NCBI GenBank assembly: GCA_002376845.1
Contig: DFOS01000008.1
Span: 3,583 to 67,582, forward strand
Length of the DNA stretch: 64,000 nucleotides
Direction: 5' to 3'
Source of the DNA: Bdellovibrionaceae bacterium UBA3535
GTDB taxonomy: Bacteria > Bdellovibrionota > Bdellovibrionia > Bdellovibrionales > UBA840
Shown piece after piece: positions 51,807 to 61,805 of the stretch; positions within the stretch are counted from its first letter, which is position 1; every line of letters begins with the position of its first letter. Below the pieces are notes generated by a model, which did no database searches, had not been told where the DNA came from, and saw only the letters and a list, made by a program, of their open reading frames with translations. A program made the translations under genes and the position numbers.

Positions 51807-54218
51807 ATGAGCATTCAATGGAAAAGCCTCCTACTCATAGCGCTATTTTTTTCTGCCCGGCTAGATGCAAGTCTAGTGGACGAGTTTCGTAGTCTACATC
51901 AAAAAAATGCAGCGATTTCGGATTATGACGAAATCGAAACCAAGCTTTTTAAAGAACTACCTTCGGAAAGGTCTTTGTTGCATTTTGCTTTTGGTAAATT
52001 GCACTTCCAAGCGGGCAATCAGGAGAAAGCGCAGCAACATTTTTCTGAAAGCCTTCGCTTGGGTACAAGTCTTGATCAAATTGCTAGTTTGGATTTGGCT
52101 CGCTCCTACATAGCTACCGATAAAATTCCAGCGGCAAAGGTGGAGTTGAACAAGGTCATTCAGAAGCGATCTTATTTAAAGAAACAAGCACAGTTGGAGC
52201 TTGCTGGTATTCATATGAAGAATGGGCATCATATATCGGCGCGCCGACTTTATCGCTATTTAGAAAGACGCATGCGGCGGGACGAGCGTTATCCTGAAAT
52301 ACTGTGGAATCTAGCAAAGATTGAATTGAATTCGAAGCGGTCCTATCGGGCTTGTCGTTGGGTTCGAAAACTTTACTCTCGTAAACCCGAATATGAAAAA
52401 CTGGCGCATTGGTCGCTGGACCCAAAGAGCATTCAAATCGGTGATCGTAAGGTGAATTGCAATATCAGTCGCTCGCATAAGAAAAAACGCATTCGTCGTT
52501 TTATTTTGGCGGGCATGAGTGATCGCGCGAAAAAAGAAATTGATGATTATGTAGAGAAGTATCGAAATAAATATACCTATGAGAGCCATTTGCTAAGTGC
52601 CTACTATCTTGTGCAAGAGGGTTATCCGAAAGAAGCTTTTCAAATTTTATTGCCTTACTATCCCTCGTATCAAAACGATTTGGATTTTCTCACGCAATTT
52701 GCCAAGGCTAGTGTGCGTGCCGGCGAGTATCAAGCTGCGGTGGGGGCCTACTACAAAGCGCATAGTATACGGCAACGCTCTCGCCAAGGCAGATTCGCCC
52801 TCTATCAAGCCGCGTTTTTAAGTTACCAGTTTCAGGACTATGACGGTGCTACACGTAAGTTTGAAGAGTTCGTAAAGAAGTATCGACGCTCAGGTTTGGC
52901 TAGACAGGCCCGTCAACATTTGGCCTGGTTGAAGTATTTGAAAAAGGATTATGAAGGAGCTCTGGCTGCCTACAAGGATCTACGGCGTTACGGCTACATT
53001 GGTCGAAGCAAGCAGACCAAGTATTGGAAGGCAATGAGTTACTATCATCTGGATGATAAGGAGCAGGCAAAAAAAATTCTGAATTCACTAATCAATGAAA
53101 AGTCTCCTACCTATTACTCTGTCTTGGCCAAGGCCAGATTGTTGGAAATGGGGGAGAGCATTGTCGAGCGCCAACTGGCACAAGCCGATGAAGAAAGTGA
53201 AGCGGAAATCCTTAATAACAATGATGGCATCGTTAGTGAAGCGGAGGAGAGCGAAGAAACGGTGGCAAAAATGGAAGAACTCTTAGAAAAAGAAGAAGAA
53301 GCCAAAGAAGATGCGGCAGATGCAGCGTTGGATCCAGTAGCAGAGCCCAATGGCCTAGCGGTTCTTAAAGCGCCTGAAGATAAAAAAGTAGAAGATGTTA
53401 TTTTGGTGGAGGAGTTTTCCACCTCGAGTGCTAACAAGGCTTTTCGCCGTGCTGATGATTTAATACGACTTGGCTTTTTTGATTTGGCAAGATGGGAGCT
53501 CTTTCAGGTAGAAAAGTATGCCAAAAAAGACAATGAGCGAAAAAAACTCATTCAACAATACGAAAAAATCCAAGCCTATCACCGTTCCCTCCATATAGCG
53601 CATCATCGATTTATTCGAGATCGCATCAAGTATGGTATTGATGGCGTATCGGGTTTATGGAAAAGTGCTTACCCGCAAGCTTTTAAAGACGTGGTGGAGA
53701 AAGAGGCTAGTCGAAAAGATTTAGACCCTTACTTTGTTTGGTCCATTATGCGGGCAGAAAGTCATTTTCGTGTGGATGCCGAATCGCCAGTGGGAGCACA
53801 AGGCTTGATGCAGTTGATGCCTTATACGGCAGTGAAGATTGCCAAAAAAGCAGGAGAGCCAAGCCCCAGTGTTGGGGATTTGCGAAAGCCAGCGGTCAAT
53901 ATCAGCCTTGGCACTGCATATCTAAACCGCTTGATGAATATTTTTAATCGCTCCATGCCTCTTGTGGCAGCAGGTTACAATGCAGGTCCCCACCGAGTGA
54001 AAACATGGGCCAAAAACTTTGGCAATCTTAGTTTTGATGAATTTATTGAGCACATTCCCTTTGTCGAGACGAGAAACTATGTGAAAAAAGCTATCAAAAA
54101 CCACTATATTTATCATCGTCTCTATGAAAAACCAAAGGCCGATGCCTATGTTTGGTTAACAAAAAACCTTCCCTATAGCTTCGATGGCCCTGCTCCTGCA
54201 CGGGAAAATTGGCAATAA
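51807..54218 (+). CDS. slt: soluble lytic murein transglycosylase (Slt70-like; TPR/superhelical N-domain plus SLT domain)
   Basis: Signal peptide and a long helical-repeat region. C-terminal SLT motifs MRAESHF, GAQGLMQLMP and AAGYNAGP. Confidence 0.85.
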   Translation: MSIQWKSLLLIALFFSARLDASLVDEFRSLHQKNAAISDYDEIETKLFKELPSERSLLHFAFGKLHFQAGNQEKAQQHFSESLRLGTSLDQIASLDLARSYIATDKIPAAKVELNKVIQKRSYLKKQAQLELAGIHMKNGHHISARRLYRYLERRMRRDERYPEILWNLAKIELNSKRSYRACRWVRKLYSRKPEYEKLAHWSLDPKSIQIGDRKVNCNISRSHKKKRIRRFILAGMSDRAKKEIDDYVEKYRNKYTYESHLLSAYYLVQEGYPKEAFQILLPYYPSYQNDLDFLTQFAKASVRAGEYQAAVGAYYKAHSIRQRSRQGRFALYQAAFLSYQFQDYDGATRKFEEFVKKYRRSGLARQARQHLAWLKYLKKDYEGALAAYKDLRRYGYIGRSKQTKYWKAMSYYHLDDKEQAKKILNSLINEKSPTYYSVLAKARLLEMGESIVERQLAQADEESEAEILNNNDGIVSEAEESEETVAKMEELLEKEEEAKEDAADAALDPVAEPNGLAVLKAPEDKKVEDVILVEEFSTSSANKAFRRADDLIRLGFFDLARWELFQVEKYAKKDNERKKLIQQYEKIQAYHRSLHIAHHRFIRDRIKYGIDGVSGLWKSAYPQAFKDVVEKEASRKDLDPYFVWSIMRAESHFRVDAESPVGAQGLMQLMPYTAVKIAKKAGEPSPSVGDLRKPAVNISLGTAYLNRLMNIFNRSMPLVAAGYNAGPHRVKTWAKNFGNLSFDEFIEHIPFVETRNYVKKAIKNHYIYHRLYEKPKADAYVWLTKNLPYSFDGPAPARENWQ

Positions 54219-54342
54219 TCTAAGCACAAAACCGGTGGCAAAAAGTATCTGGTTCTAACTACTTAGGTCATTTTGCCCCCTATTTGCTTTTGGTTTGACT
54301 GCCCCAACCCCTTCTTATATTTCAAGTACATCAGGAGGGATT

Positions 54343-55929
54343 ATGAGATCCATATTATTGATCATCGTAGGCGCATTTTTAAGCATTTCGTGCACAAAAA
54401 AGAGTAGCAAAATTGAATATGGTTTGGACTTAAACGAAACTTTAAGGGTTACGGTTTTAACCGAGCCACCTACATTGGATCATAACAAATCCACTGATAC
54501 GACTTCTTCAAAAATTTTATACAATATCATGGCGGGTTTAACTGCGTACAACTACGAAGACCCAGAGTTAAGTTTGTTGCCCGGTTTGGCTGAATCCTGG
54601 TCTTCTTCCAAGGATGCCAAAGAGTGGACTTTTAGGCTGCGAAAAGATGTGAAGTGGACCGATGGAGTACCCTTTAAAGCCCAGCAAGTGAAAGACGGAT
54701 GGTTGCGTTTGCTAGATCCTAAGACGGCATCCGAATATGCCTATTTTCTACATGGAATTAAAAACGCACAAGACTACAATATGGGGAAAACGAAAGATCC
54801 CAATGATGTAGGCATTACGGTTGTGGATGACCACACCATCAAAGTCGAACTAGAAGAAACGATGAGCTACTTTCCTTACCTTATGACTCATCCCTCAACT
54901 TACCCTGTGCGTTTGGATGTCATTCAAAAACATGGCGACAATTGGACAGAACCTGAAAATATCCAAGGCTTAGGGCCCTATACTTTAAAGGTTTGGGATC
55001 ACGACAAGGCGCTTGTGCTAGAAAGAAATCCCAATTTTTATGGTAAGCCCGCAGCGATTAAGAATGTGATTGTTTATATTATCAATGAGCTTTCTACCGC
55101 GATCAATTTGTTTGATGCAGGCAAATTGGATTCAGTGGATGAGCTGCCGAAGTCTGAATTGGCGGCATTAAAAAACCGTCCGGAGTACAAGTACCATTCT
55201 TTTCTGATATTGCAGTATTACGGTTTTAATGTAGAGCAAGAACCATTTGATAACGAAAATTTTCGTAAGGCCATTGCTCATGCCATTGATAAAACCGAAA
55301 TCATAAAAGTTTTAGGCGGTAATGATATCGCCATGAATTCTTGGGTGCCAGCGGGTATGTTTGGCTATGAGCCTGATATGGGTTTGCAGTTTGATGTGGA
55401 AAAAGCCAAAGAATACTTAGCGAAGGCAGGCTATGATTCTGAGGAGAAATTGCCGAAAATTGCTCTGGCATTTAACACCAACGAAAACCATCAAAAGGTT
55501 GCAGAGAATGTTCAAGCACAGCTAAAAAAGAATCTTGGCATTACGATGGAAGTTAAAAATGAAGAGTGGAAGGTTTACCTGGCAAACCTAAAGGCCAATA
55601 AACATGGTATGTACCGTATGGGGTGGGTAGCAGATTATCCAGATCCTGATAACTTTTTAAATTTGATGACCTCATATTCGCAGAACAACCGTTCGCGTTG
55701 GAAGAACAAAGACTACGACAAACTCGTGGAGCAGGCGGCTGCGGAGCTAGACAAGCAAAAACGTAAGGACCTTTACCGAGAGGCGCAAAAAATCCTCTTA
55801 GAGCAAGACACGCCTGTGATTCCTTTGTTTACATCGGTACACCACTTATTAGTTGGCGATCGTGTTGAGAACTATCCCATGAACGTATTGAACAATCTAG
55901 AATTTAAAAATGTTAGGTTGAAGCAATAG
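54343..55929 (+). CDS. ABC transporter substrate-binding lipoprotein, family 5 (oligopeptide/dipeptide type)
   Basis: Trimmed to the ATG at 54343 (SD aggagg). Lipobox LSISC. Family-5 SBP features (GLAESW...WTFRLRKDVKWTDG; GWVADYPDPDNFL). Confidence 0.85.
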   Translation: MRSILLIIVGAFLSISCTKKSSKIEYGLDLNETLRVTVLTEPPTLDHNKSTDTTSSKILYNIMAGLTAYNYEDPELSLLPGLAESWSSSKDAKEWTFRLRKDVKWTDGVPFKAQQVKDGWLRLLDPKTASEYAYFLHGIKNAQDYNMGKTKDPNDVGITVVDDHTIKVELEETMSYFPYLMTHPSTYPVRLDVIQKHGDNWTEPENIQGLGPYTLKVWDHDKALVLERNPNFYGKPAAIKNVIVYIINELSTAINLFDAGKLDSVDELPKSELAALKNRPEYKYHSFLILQYYGFNVEQEPFDNENFRKAIAHAIDKTEIIKVLGGNDIAMNSWVPAGMFGYEPDMGLQFDVEKAKEYLAKAGYDSEEKLPKIALAFNTNENHQKVAENVQAQLKKNLGITMEVKNEEWKVYLANLKANKHGMYRMGWVADYPDPDNFLNLMTSYSQNNRSRWKNKDYDKLVEQAAAELDKQKRKDLYREAQKILLEQDTPVIPLFTSVHHLLVGDRVENYPMNVLNNLEFKNVRLKQ

Positions 55930-57003
55930 ATGGGTAAAATACTAGGTCTTCTCTGTCTATTTTTTGTAATTACAAGTGTAATTATTGATCTTGGTCAGTT
56001 AGAGGGCCTAATCACAAGTATCAACTTGTATGCTTGCCTTCTTGTGTTCACAGCGACCTTTGTTTATATCATCGTGACACAAGGCCTTTCACGATATGTT
56101 ATCAAAAGAACTTTGGAAGCTTTGGCGACAATTTTTATAATTGCCACCATTACTTTCTTAGTCTTGCGAATCATTCCGGGGGGGCCATTTGATACCGATA
56201 AGGTTCTGCCTCCCGAAATTATGGCGAATATTAATGCCAAATACAATTTAGACAAACCGCTTTGGCATCAATACTTCCTTTATATAGGCGGCATATTCCA
56301 AGGCGATCTAGGGCAGTCCTACAAATTCATTGGGCGTGATGTGAGTGAAATCATTGCCGAGTCTTTTCCCAACTCATTTAAATTGGGATTCTATTCTTTG
56401 TTGCTTGCCTATCTAGTTGGAATTCCCCTGGGACTTTATGCTGCAGCCAAACACAATTCCTGGTGGGATTCGTTTTTTATGTTTTTGGCCAACTCTGGGG
56501 TTGCCGTGCCAAGCTTTTTGGTGGCTCCTGTTTTGATCATAATATTTTCTTACAATCTTCGCTGGTTTCCGCCGGCACTTTGGAATGGACCAGAGTATTA
56601 TATCCTACCGGTTCTGACTCTTGGTGTGCGTCCCTCCTCGGTGATAGCCAGGCTTACTCGCTCGAGTGTTTTGGATGTGATTCGCTCCGATTTTATTCGT
56701 ACAGCGAAATCCAAGGGATTGTCGGAGCGTGTGGTTCTATACAAACATGTGCTTAGAAATTCTTTGATACCTGTCTTAACCATATCAGGCCCATTAATCG
56801 CCGGTTTGCTTTCAGGAACTTTTATTGTGGAGCATATATTTGCCGTCCCAGGAATGGGGAAGCATTTTATTCAATCGGTAACCAATCGTGATTATCCATT
56901 GATTCTAGGGCTAACACTTCTTTACTCTGCTATTTTGGTCTTTGCCAATCTCTTAGTGGATTTATTGTATGCGATTGTTGATCCAAGGATTAAGCTATCA
57001 TGA
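55930..57003 (+). CDS. ABC transporter permease (OppB/DppB type) with ~50-aa N-terminal extension
   Basis: RYVIKRTLEAL start-of-family motif lies at ~aa 55. EAA-loop region TAKSKGLSERVVLYKHVLRN. Confidence 0.85.
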   Translation: MGKILGLLCLFFVITSVIIDLGQLEGLITSINLYACLLVFTATFVYIIVTQGLSRYVIKRTLEALATIFIIATITFLVLRIIPGGPFDTDKVLPPEIMANINAKYNLDKPLWHQYFLYIGGIFQGDLGQSYKFIGRDVSEIIAESFPNSFKLGFYSLLLAYLVGIPLGLYAAAKHNSWWDSFFMFLANSGVAVPSFLVAPVLIIIFSYNLRWFPPALWNGPEYYILPVLTLGVRPSSVIARLTRSSVLDVIRSDFIRTAKSKGLSERVVLYKHVLRNSLIPVLTISGPLIAGLLSGTFIVEHIFAVPGMGKHFIQSVTNRDYPLILGLTLLYSAILVFANLLVDLLYAIVDPRIKLS

Positions 57004-57878
57004 GTTCAAGTAATAATCTTTATATCGAAGGTCTAAAACGAATGCAGAAAAATCGCGGGGCGATGATTTCTGCCTACATCATTTTGTTTATGTCCTTTGT
57101 GGCTATTTTTGCCGATGCTTTGGCGCCATTTCCTTTTTACGAGCAGGATGTAGACAATATGTTTCAATCATTTGGCTGGCCCCATGTGCTAGGTACGGAT
57201 GGCTTGGGCCGGGATATGTTTTCAAGAATCATTCATGGTGCGCAAGTGTCTATGGCGGTGGGCTTTTTTACTTCTTTAACCTCACTAGTAATTGGCACTG
57301 TTTATGGTGCTGCCTCTGGCTGGTTTGGCGGCTGGATCGATAGTGTAATGATGCGGGTTGTGGATATTATTTTGGCCATTCCTACATTGGTTTTGCTTAT
57401 TTTGGTCATGGTAATTTTTGATTCTTTTACCATTATCGAAAATCAAAAATACAATGCCATTGCAGGTATCTTTTTTGCTTTAAGTTTTGTGGGTTGGGTC
57501 GGGATTGCTAGGATCGTGCGTGGACAAGTATTGCAAACAAAAGAAATGGTCTATGTGGAAGCAGCAAAATCCTTGGGTGTATCTTCCTCGCATATTGTGT
57601 TTAAGCACATTTTACCCAATATTTTAGGGCCCATCATTGTCACACTTACTTTTCAAATACCAGCGAACATACTATTTGAATCCTTTCTAAGTTTTATTGG
57701 ATTGGGATTGCAACCGCCATATTCCTCCTGGGGAGTTTTGGCCAACGATGGTTGGCGTGCCATTCGTACCTATCCCCACCTGATCATTACACCGGGAATA
57801 GCGCTCTATCTAACCATCATGTCTTTTAATCTATTAGGCGATGGGCTCCGAGACGCCTTTGATCCAAAACTGAAATAG
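57000..57878 (+). CDS. ABC transporter permease (OppC/DppC type)
   Basis: Motifs HVLGTDGLGRD and EAAKSLGVSSSHIVFKHILPN. ATGA overlap with the preceding permease. Confidence 0.85.
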   Translation: MSSSNNLYIEGLKRMQKNRGAMISAYIILFMSFVAIFADALAPFPFYEQDVDNMFQSFGWPHVLGTDGLGRDMFSRIIHGAQVSMAVGFFTSLTSLVIGTVYGAASGWFGGWIDSVMMRVVDIILAIPTLVLLILVMVIFDSFTIIENQKYNAIAGIFFALSFVGWVGIARIVRGQVLQTKEMVYVEAAKSLGVSSSHIVFKHILPNILGPIIVTLTFQIPANILFESFLSFIGLGLQPPYSSWGVLANDGWRAIRTYPHLIITPGIALYLTIMSFNLLGDGLRDAFDPKLK

Positions 57879-57879
57879 T

Positions 57880-58551
57880 TTAACGACTAGCCAATTGCTG
57901 CATTTTGGATTGGTAGCTACGAATCCGAGATAGATAGTTTTTTATCCTATGACTACCGCAGCGCTGGATTTTTGAGACTTTGCCGTATCTATGCATATGT
58001 CTTCTAACCTTTTCTATTCCACATAAATGAATCAAAGCCGCCATTTTTTCTTTATTTCGGTATTCAGGGAAACGGTTCACCCAGTAATTAAGATATGCAC
58101 TGGTTAGGTATATGGAATCATAGGAGGATAGGCGCATGCGAAAGCGATTCCAGAAGCAATTTCCTCTTATTGCTTTGCCATTCTCCCAGCAATATTTTTT
58201 CATCTCCTTCATGGTTCCTTGGGTGATTTGGTACAAGCCAAGGGCTGAAGAAGCTGGATGAAATATGCGATAGATTTCACGGCTCAGATTAACTTGCCAA
58301 TAAACCGTGGCCCAGGGATTGCCAGCGCTCTCACTTTGTGCCAAGGCGGCAAGAAAGCTGGCAGATAGCTGCGGGCTGGCATATTTTTGAAAGTCGGCCT
58401 GATATTCTTGCCATGTATGGTAGGGTACTTTTTTGAATTGCTTGGAGATCGGGTGGAGTATTTGCCAGGGCTTTTCATAAATTGCGTAGCCAATGTTGGC
58501 AACAAATAGAGTGATTAAGGAATAAAATAGCAATCGAGATAGTATCTTCAT
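57880..58551 (-). CDS. membrane-anchored SLT-domain lytic transglycosylase-like protein
   Basis: N-terminal TM anchor. AQSESAGNPWA (catalytic Glu-Ser), LGLYQIT and TSAYLNY resemble family-1 LT motifs. Confidence 0.55.
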   Translation of the reverse strand: MKILSRLLFYSLITLFVANIGYAIYEKPWQILHPISKQFKKVPYHTWQEYQADFQKYASPQLSASFLAALAQSESAGNPWATVYWQVNLSREIYRIFHPASSALGLYQITQGTMKEMKKYCWENGKAIRGNCFWNRFRMRLSSYDSIYLTSAYLNYWVNRFPEYRNKEKMAALIHLCGIEKVRRHMHRYGKVSKIQRCGSHRIKNYLSRIRSYQSKMQQLASR

Positions 58552-59315
58552 TACTTAAATTGAAAGATGTGAACACTAATTCGGTGGCGAATGTCTAAAT
58601 CCTCATTCGGAATGTCCGCGAGCATACTTTTCATATCATCTTCAAAGTCTACAAGCTTCGACTTAGACAGTGTACCAGAGATGTAGTTACTGGCTTTTAG
58701 GCGGCCAATCCACTCATCTTTATTGTAATGAATCTGTTCATCGTAAAAAAACATGGCCTTCACAAAAAGTAGCGGCTGTGACCACGCTGGTTGTGCATAA
58801 ACTTGTCCGTGAAAATCATAGTGCTCCCAACGTGTATTGTAGCGCAATACGATTTCATCGCTTTTCTTGGCTACAATGTCCAATCGTGGCAAGCGGCGTA
58901 TTTCACTATTGACTAAAACCCCACCTGGAGCAATTAGGCGTTTGGCTTCAATTAAAAACTGAGGAATTTGAAAGTGTTTTAAGGCCTGATGTACAAAGAT
59001 TACGTCATAAGAGTGATTGTCCAATGGCATTTCCTCTGCGGGCATGCATTGGTAGTCGACTTCGACGCCTTCTTTTGCCGCCAGCAGGCGAGCCTCATCA
59101 ATATAGTCTTGGCTAATATCCACTGCCGTGACTCGGCAGCCTTGCTTGGCAAAGTAATTGGCCAGTTTGCCATCGCCACAGCCGACCACCAAAATATTTT
59201 GATCGGAGTGTCCCACATCTAGAGATTTTAATTTATAAAAGTAAGACTCTGGTGGGAGTTTCTTATAGCGAATGGAATATTCAATGGAGTTCTGCCAATT
59301 CAAGTTGTCTGCCAT
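58551..59315 (-). CDS. class I SAM-dependent methyltransferase
   Basis: Motif I is ILVVGCGDGKLANYFAKQGCRVTAVDIS, with the post-I acidic residue. 254 aa. Confidence 0.75.
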   Translation of the reverse strand: MADNLNWQNSIEYSIRYKKLPPESYFYKLKSLDVGHSDQNILVVGCGDGKLANYFAKQGCRVTAVDISQDYIDEARLLAAKEGVEVDYQCMPAEEMPLDNHSYDVIFVHQALKHFQIPQFLIEAKRLIAPGGVLVNSEIRRLPRLDIVAKKSDEIVLRYNTRWEHYDFHGQVYAQPAWSQPLLFVKAMFFYDEQIHYNKDEWIGRLKASNYISGTLSKSKLVDFEDDMKSMLADIPNEDLDIRHRISVHIFQFK

Positions 59316-59380
59316 ATCCTATATTCTAGCGGAATCCAAATTCGGCTCAAGGCCGGTAGCGACCTACGTATAGTGCTTTT

Positions 59381-60478
59381 TTATACATTGAAGCGAAAAA
59401 GCATCACATCTCCATCTTGGACCAGGTATTCCTTCCCCTCGGAGCGGTATTTTCCAGCTTCTTTGATGGCAGCCTCCGACTTCAGCTCAAAAAGATCATT
59501 GCAATGATAGGTCTCTGCCCGGATAAAGCCTTTTTCAAAATCACTATGAATGACACCGGCAGCCTCGGGCGCCTTCATGCCATTTTTAATGGTCCAGGCT
59601 CGAACCTCTTTTTCTCCAGCTGTAAAATAAGTGGCTAGACCTAGGAGCTTGTAAGCAGCACGAATCAGGCGATGGAGTCCAGGCTCACTTACGCCTAAGC
59701 TTTCTAGATATTCCTTTTGCTCCTCCAGTTCTAGCTGTGCGATCTCTGCTTCAAGGGTGCCGCATATCATGATGGTTTGATTGCCCTCTTCTGTGGCCCT
59801 TGTTTGAACCTGTTGAACGAAATCATTGCCACTAGCAAGATCTTCTTCGGCAACATTGCAGACATAGAGCACGGCCTTAGTGGTTAGAAGATGCATGTCT
59901 TTAAGTAACTTTTCTTCGTCCTCATTTTCTGGTTTTACTGTACGAGCGGGAAGTCCCTCATCGAGAGCCTTTAGGATTTTTTGGCTAAACTCAAGATCCG
60001 TTTTGGCTTTCTTATCTCCCGATTTGGCAACCTTTTCCAATTTACTAAGCCGTTTGTTGAGTGATTCCATATCACTAAGCATGAGTTCGGTATTGATGAC
60101 ATCCATATCTCGCACTGGATCCACACTGCCTTCTACATGTATGACATTCTCATCTTCAAAGCAACGAACCACATGCAAGATGGCATCGACTTGCCGAATA
60201 TTTCCTAGAAATTGATTGCCCAGCCCTTCACCCTTGGAGGCTCCCGCTACCAAGCCAGCAATGTCGACAAATTCCATCGCAGTGGGAATGGTGGTTTTCG
60301 GTTTGATCAGGGAAGAGATTTGCTCTAGGCGCTCATCGGGCACTTGCACCACTCCGACATTGGGATCAATCGTACAAAAAGGGTAGTTTGCGGCCTCTGC
60401 CGGTGCGTTGGTGAGTGCTTTAAAAAGAGTGGATTTACCAACATTGGGTAGTCCAACAATTCCACATTGTAATGCCAT
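59381..60478 (-). CDS. ychF: redox-regulated ribosome-binding ATPase YchF
   Basis: G1 [25 protein letters not shown] and a C-terminal TGS-like domain. 365 aa. Confidence 0.95.
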   Translation of the reverse strand: MALQCGIVGLPNVGKSTLFKALTNAPAEAANYPFCTIDPNVGVVQVPDERLEQISSLIKPKTTIPTAMEFVDIAGLVAGASKGEGLGNQFLGNIRQVDAILHVVRCFEDENVIHVEGSVDPVRDMDVINTELMLSDMESLNKRLSKLEKVAKSGDKKAKTDLEFSQKILKALDEGLPARTVKPENEDEEKLLKDMHLLTTKAVLYVCNVAEEDLASGNDFVQQVQTRATEEGNQTIMICGTLEAEIAQLELEEQKEYLESLGVSEPGLHRLIRAAYKLLGLATYFTAGEKEVRAWTIKNGMKAPEAAGVIHSDFEKGFIRAETYHCNDLFELKSEAAIKEAGKYRSEGKEYLVQDGDVMLFRFNV

Positions 60479-61050
60479 TAAGTGCTCCGTTTGTTGTGGT
60501 GATTACCAGCATAGGTGTAGCCTTTTTTTACAAACGCCACAACTGCATCTTCTAGATCATTTAAAAGATGATCTTGTAATAAGTCCTGTTGTTTATCATC
60601 AAAGTTTTTTAAAACATAATCACTGGGGGCTTGTTTGCCGTTAGGTCTGCCAATACCGATTTTTAAGCGGGCATAATCTTGCGTGCCTAGTTTTGCATGA
60701 ATGTCCTTGATACCATTGTTGCCGCCAGCTCCACGATTTTTTTGAAAGCGGTAGCAACCAAATTCGGTGTCGAGGTCATCGTGCAAAACCAAAAGATCTT
60801 CGGTTGGAATTTTATAATACTGCATGAGTGCTTGAGTGGGGCCGCCTGATAGATTCATATAGGTTTGTGGTTTGGCCAGTAGCACGCTTTCACCTTCTAT
60901 ATTTAGGCGACTTATCAGCGCTTTTTTTTCTGAGCGAAATGGACCACCATCAAAGCTTTCATTTAGCGCATCGATCAATATAAAACCAATATTATGGCGG
61001 TTTAACGCGTATTCTGCTCCAGGATTTCCAAGACCTACGATTAATTTCAT
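60478..61050 (-). CDS. pth: peptidyl-tRNA hydrolase
   Basis: Motifs MKLIVGLGNPG, RHNIGF and HDDLD. 1-nt TAATG overlap with ychF. Confidence 0.95.
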   Translation of the reverse strand: MKLIVGLGNPGAEYALNRHNIGFILIDALNESFDGGPFRSEKKALISRLNIEGESVLLAKPQTYMNLSGGPTQALMQYYKIPTEDLLVLHDDLDTEFGCYRFQKNRGAGGNNGIKDIHAKLGTQDYARLKIGIGRPNGKQAPSDYVLKNFDDKQQDLLQDHLLNDLEDAVVAFVKKGYTYAGNHHNKRST

Positions 61051-61080
61051 AAAAAAAAGGCAAGGTCGAAATGCCTTGCC
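61051..61080 (-). terminator. hairpin plus U-tract between L25/Ctc and pth (terminator/attenuator)
   Basis: On the minus strand, stem ggcaagg (61080-61074) / ccttgcc (61065-61059) with an 8-nt loop. Eight T (61058-61051) follow and run straight into the pth ATG. Confidence 0.55.
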
Positions 61081-61103
61081 CTTCCTCCTTTTAGCCCTAG
61101 AGG

Positions 61104-61793
61104 CTATTCTTTGTTCTCGCCCTCTGCAGCTTGCTTCTCGCTGGCTTCTGCGGCTTCACCTTCGGCGGCGCCTGCATCAGCTCCTTCAGCCACTGCATCC
61201 ATTGTGCCCTCTGCTGTTGAAGGCTCAAGATCCACTTCGCGAATCTCAGAAACGGTGGCCAAGGTTATATCACTTGTGAGTATTGTAACTCCTTCGGGAA
61301 CTTTTAACTGCGAAACGTGTAGGGAATCACCGATCTGCATCTCTGAGATATCGTGGGTAATTTTAGAAGGAATGTCCTTTGGTAAACATTCGATCTCCAC
61401 GCTAGTGTGGGGAGTGCTAAGTACCCCGCCGTCTTTCACACCTTGCGGCTCTCCTGTAAGCTCGATTTGCACATCGATATAAATAGTTTGGCCTGCGGTA
61501 ATCGCATAAAAATCCACATGGGTAGGCTTGTGATTTACAGGGTGAAAAATAATATCTTTGATCATCACCTGTTTGCCATCCAAGTTCTTTTCTTTGGATT
61601 TTAAAATAAAAATAGGGTTGTCACTGATGATATTGCGATACTTATCGATATATTTATTTTCTACTGCAATGGCCGTGTTGTCGGTGTCCCCACCATAAAC
61701 CACTGCGGGTGCCCATTGTTCACGGCGAAGTACACGCGATGCATGTTTTCCTACGTCTCTTGTTTTGACTTCTAAAGTGTAATCTTTTGCCAT
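61104..61793 (-). CDS. rplY: 50S ribosomal protein L25 / general stress protein Ctc, with acidic Ala/Glu-rich tail
   Basis: Long-form L25 with the Ctc N-domain (GKHASRVLRREQWAPAVVYG). Sits in the conserved prs-ctc-pth order. Confidence 0.9.
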   Translation of the reverse strand: MAKDYTLEVKTRDVGKHASRVLRREQWAPAVVYGGDTDNTAIAVENKYIDKYRNIISDNPIFILKSKEKNLDGKQVMIKDIIFHPVNHKPTHVDFYAITAGQTIYIDVQIELTGEPQGVKDGGVLSTPHTSVEIECLPKDIPSKITHDISEMQIGDSLHVSQLKVPEGVTILTSDITLATVSEIREVDLEPSTAEGTMDAVAEGADAGAAEGEAAEASEKQAAEGENKE

Positions 61794-61805
61794 AACTCCT
61801 CTTTC

